Origin: a virus
Lineage: Duplodnaviria > Heunggongvirae > Uroviricota > Caudoviricetes
Length of the DNA: 37,215 nucleotides
Direction: 5' to 3' (one strand)
IMG/VR virus record: IMGVR_UViG_2541047928_000009
Location: 1-37,215 of that record
A model generated the notes under the pieces. That model had not been told where the DNA came from. It did no database searches and saw only the letters and a list, made by a program, of their open reading frames with translations. Both the position numbers and the translations under genes were made by a program. Shown one piece after another: positions 34,583 through 37,215 of the stretch. Every line of letters starts with the position of its first letter. Positions within the stretch are counted from its first letter, which is position 1.

Positions 34583-36643
34583 ATGACAGTAAAAATTTCT
34601 GGCGTGCTTAAAGATGGCACAGGAAAACCAGTACAGAACTGCACCATTGTGCTGAAGGCCAGACGGACCAGCAGCACGGTGGTGGTGAACACGGTGGCCT
34701 CTGAAAATCCGGATGAAGCCGGGCGTTACAGCATGGATGTTGAGCATGGTCAGTACAGCGTCACCCTGCTGGTTGAAGGTTTTCCACCTTCACATGCCGG
34801 GACCATTACCGTCTATGAAGGTTCCAGACCAGGTACGCTGAATGATTTTCTCGGTGCCATGACGGAGGATGATGCCCGTCCGGAGGCACTGCGCCGTTTT
34901 GAGCTGATGGTGAATGAAGTGGCACGTCATGCCGGAGCGTCATCACAGAGTGCAGCGGCGGCAAAGAAATCCGAAACGGCAGCAGCCTCATCGAAGAATG
35001 CGGCGAAAACCTCAGAAACGAATGCAGCTAACAGCGCACAGGCGGCAGCGGCCTCGCAGACTGCATCGGCAAACTCCGCGACAGCAGCCAAAAAATCAGA
35101 AACCAGCGCGAAAAATAGCGAGACAGCCACAAAGGCCAGCGAAAAAAACGCAAAATCCAGCCAGACGGCAGCGAAAACCAGTGAGACGAATGCCAAAGAC
35201 AGTGAAGCCAACGCAAAGGTGAGCGAAACAGCGGCGGCGAACTCGGCGAAAGCATCGGCAGCAAGCCAGACGGCAGCAAAAGCAAGTGAAGATGCTGCCA
35301 GAGAATACGCAAACCAGACAGCAGAGCCGTACAGATATGTTTTACAGCCGCTGCCGGATGTGTGGATACCCTTTAATGATTCGCTGGATATGATTACGGG
35401 CTATTCTCCGGGTTATAAAAAAGTGAAGATTGGTGATAATGTGGTTCAGGTTGCCAGTGATAAACAGGTTAATTTCAGTCGCGCATCAACGGCAACATAT
35501 ATCAACAAATCTGGCGAACTGAAAACGGCGGAAATTAATGAGCCACGATTTGAAAAAGAAGGTTTATTGATTGAAGGTCAGCGAACCAACTACATGTTGA
35601 ATTCAGCAACTCCAGCTTCTTGGGGTAAATCTGCAAATATGAATGTCGCTGAGGTTGGAACTGATAGTTTTGGTTTTACTTATGGAAAGTTTGTTTGTAA
35701 TGAATCATTAATTGGGCAAAGTACAACCCTTAATATGGCAGTAGTTTCAACCTCGGGGGCTGTCGATGTATCAGGCGATAATAAGTGTGTGACGACATCG
35801 TGCAGATTTAAAACGGATTTGGAACTCCTGTTAAGGATCAGGTTTGAAGCCTTCGATGGCAGCGCTTCATCTAATCTTGGATATGCCATTGTTAATACGC
35901 GGTCTTTATTGGTTGAAATCACCGGTGTAGCTGCCGACAGGCTCACCGCACGAGTTAACAAAGATGAAGCTACGGGCTGGATTTTTGTAGAGGCAACGAT
36001 TCAAGCAAGTAAAGAAACTTACATAACCTCTGCAATACAATACGCACCAAAATCTGGTGGCGTCGTTGAATCTGGTGACTATATTTATCTGGCCACTCCT
36101 CAGGTTGAGGATGGTTCGTGTGTATCATCTTTTATTATATCAGGAACGACGGCGGCGACGCGCGCAAGCGATATGGTTACAGTTCCGATTAAGAATAATC
36201 TTTATAATCTTCCTTTTACGGTTCTTTGTGAGGTACATAAGAACTGGTATAAAACGCCAAATGCAGCGCCACGTGTTTTTGATACCGGCGGTCATCAAAC
36301 CGGAGCGGCTATTATTCTTGGCTTCGGATCTTCGGCAGATGGGCCAGACGGATTTCCTTATTGCGATATTGGTGGATCAAATAGGCGTGTTAACGAAAAC
36401 GCATCGTTGAAAAAAATGGTTATGGGGATGCGTGTAAAGTCAGATCAGTCTACATGTGCAGTAAGTAACGGGCGTATATCCAGCGAAACAAAAACCACAT
36501 GGGAATATATCCGGAGTACAGCAACCATTCGCATTGGTGGACAAACTACAGCAGGATTACGCCATTTATTTGGGCATGTGAGGAATTTTCGTCTCTGGCA
36601 TAAAGAGCTAACAGATGCGCAGCTTGGGGAGGTTGTGGAGTGA
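34583..36643 (+). CDS. stf: Side tail fibre protein (Stf-like N-terminus, Ala/Ser/Thr-rich repeat region, non-lambda C-terminal distal domain)
   Basis: N-terminus MTVKISGVLKDGTGKPVQNCTIVLKARR...GFPPSHAGTITVYEGSRPGTLNDFLGAMTEDDARPEALRRFELMVNEVAR closely matches lambda Stf; the C-terminal about 430 aa are unrelated to lambda Stf as recalled and look AT-richer. Confidence 0.85.
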   Translation: MTVKISGVLKDGTGKPVQNCTIVLKARRTSSTVVVNTVASENPDEAGRYSMDVEHGQYSVTLLVEGFPPSHAGTITVYEGSRPGTLNDFLGAMTEDDARPEALRRFELMVNEVARHAGASSQSAAAAKKSETAAASSKNAAKTSETNAANSAQAAAASQTASANSATAAKKSETSAKNSETATKASEKNAKSSQTAAKTSETNAKDSEANAKVSETAAANSAKASAASQTAAKASEDAAREYANQTAEPYRYVLQPLPDVWIPFNDSLDMITGYSPGYKKVKIGDNVVQVASDKQVNFSRASTATYINKSGELKTAEINEPRFEKEGLLIEGQRTNYMLNSATPASWGKSANMNVAEVGTDSFGFTYGKFVCNESLIGQSTTLNMAVVSTSGAVDVSGDNKCVTTSCRFKTDLELLLRIRFEAFDGSASSNLGYAIVNTRSLLVEITGVAADRLTARVNKDEATGWIFVEATIQASKETYITSAIQYAPKSGGVVESGDYIYLATPQVEDGSCVSSFIISGTTAATRASDMVTVPIKNNLYNLPFTVLCEVHKNWYKTPNAAPRVFDTGGHQTGAAIILGFGSSADGPDGFPYCDIGGSNRRVNENASLKKMVMGMRVKSDQSTCAVSNGRISSETKTTWEYIRSTATIRIGGQTTAGLRHLFGHVRNFRLWHKELTDAQLGEVVE
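34943..35302 (+). repeat. Tandem in-frame repeats (about 14-aa / 42-bp period, AAK-SET-like) inside the tail fibre gene
   Basis: Roughly eight degenerate repeats of the type AAKKSETAAASSKN / AAKTSETNAANSAQ; generates spurious Arg-rich and Ala-rich ORFs in other frames (34914..35222 +, 34927..35211 -). Confidence 0.7.
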
Positions 36644-36918
36644 GAGATTTCACGTTGCGTTTCAGTGATAAAGCAGATTTCAGGGCATTTCTCAGGAAAC
36701 TTAACTGGGAAGAGGACGAAGAGCTGCAGAATGCCATTCTGGTTGATGAGATTGGTTTTACGTTCAGTGAGTCAGGTGTTTCTGCTGACGGGGAGCCTGA
36801 ATACACGCGAGACGAAGGGTACTTTGTTAATATTCGTCTTCTTGACGATGGATTTGATGATTCCGTGTTCCGTGAGTGGGTGGTTACACCAGAGCGCCCG
36901 CTCAGGGAGTGGTTTTAA
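36640..36918 (+). CDS. Hypothetical acidic protein (92 aa) immediately downstream of the tail fibre; possibly a fibre accessory/chaperone, but not a recognisable Tfa
   Basis: GTG start overlapping the stf stop, preceded by GGGGAGG; acidic; no family recognised. Confidence 0.4.
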   Translation: MRDFTLRFSDKADFRAFLRKLNWEEDEELQNAILVDEIGFTFSESGVSADGEPEYTRDEGYFVNIRLLDDGFDDSVFREWVVTPERPLREWF

Positions 36919-36927
36919 GGATAGCAG

Positions 36928-37215
36928 ATGGATATCACGTCGATACTTCATGCGCTTTGTGCCGTAGCGGTGCAGGTACTGGCTGGTCTTTTTACCGGAA
37001 ACTGGGCTTACGGGGCGATAGCCGGTTGTACGTTCTTCATTGCGCGTGAACACACCCAGGCAGAATATCGCTGGATTGAAATGTTCGTGCATGGCAAGCG
37101 TATGAATATGCCGTGGTGGGGCGGTTTTGATCCACGCGTGTGGGATGTGGGAAGTTTGTTGGATTTTTCTTTCCCAATTATCGGATGCTTATTGGTATGG
37201 ATTCTTGCATCGTAG
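36928..37215 (+). CDS. Hypothetical small membrane protein (95 aa, two predicted hydrophobic segments)
   Basis: ATG with an AAGGA RBS; hydrophobic stretches LHALCAVAVQVLAGLFTGNWAYGAIAGCTFFIA and LLDFSFPIIGCLLVWILAS; stop is the last codon of the window. Confidence 0.45.
   Translation: MDITSILHALCAVAVQVLAGLFTGNWAYGAIAGCTFFIAREHTQAEYRWIEMFVHGKRMNMPWWGGFDPRVWDVGSLLDFSFPIIGCLLVWILAS

Larger units (their letters stand above)
1..37215. mobile_element. Lambdoid temperate phage/prophage segment (early-left operon through tail fibre genes); neither end of the element is inside the window
   Basis: Canonical lambdoid gene order N-cI-cro-cII-O-nin-Q-lysis-terminase-head-tail-lom-stf; several proteins match lambda proteins as I recall them (cI C-domain, cII C-terminus, NinB, U, V, M, L, K, I, J, Lom). 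Confidence 0.9.

Noticed and set aside
34914-35222. Arg/Gln-rich 102 aa plus-strand ORF and Ala-rich minus-strand ORFs in the tail fibre
   Set aside because: Frame artefacts of the tandem repeat region within stf.
1-37215. CRISPR arrays, rRNA genes, insertion sequences, integrase or att sites
   Set aside because: No spacer-repeat periodicity, no rRNA-like conserved blocks, no transposase-like ORFs with terminal inverted repeats; the window lies wholly inside the phage genome, so integrase and att sites would be outside it.

Overview
This window is a near-contiguous segment of a lambdoid (lambda/phage 21-like) temperate phage or prophage of Enterobacteriaceae, running in canonical order from the early-left operon to the tail fibres. 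Order: N antiterminator with nutL; a cI-cro-cII immunity region whose cI C-terminal domain and cII C-terminus read as lambda-like but whose DNA-binding parts differ; replication protein O with internal ori iterons plus a Toprim primase/helicase; a nin region (NinB, NinD/E-like, ORF6N and Rha antirepressor-like proteins, YbcO-like, RusA, YlcG-like, Q); pR'/tR'; a phage 21-type lysis cassette (S21-like pinholin, SAR endolysin, Rz with embedded Rz1); a decayed HNH-like remnant; terminase small and large subunits, W-like protein, portal, a fused protease-scaffold-major capsid ORF, decoration and head-tail proteins; and a lambda-like tail module Z-U-V-G/T-H-M-L-K-I-J, lom, and a mosaic side tail fibre. 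No integrase, att site, rRNA, canonical tRNA or CRISPR array is visible. The most interesting candidate for an undescribed system is a translationally coupled, AT-rich two-gene cassette (185 aa and 250 aa) sitting immediately downstream of cI in the position lambda uses for rexA-rexB, ending at an intrinsic terminator; I cannot assign either protein to a known family from sequence alone. Other accessory candidates are an ORF inserted between holin and endolysin, an ORF downstream of N, an ORF after Rz, two small ORFs after the tail fibre, and a promoter-plus-terminator bounded structured element in the nin region. All identifications rest on reading the translations and on recalled family sequences; no database search was run.
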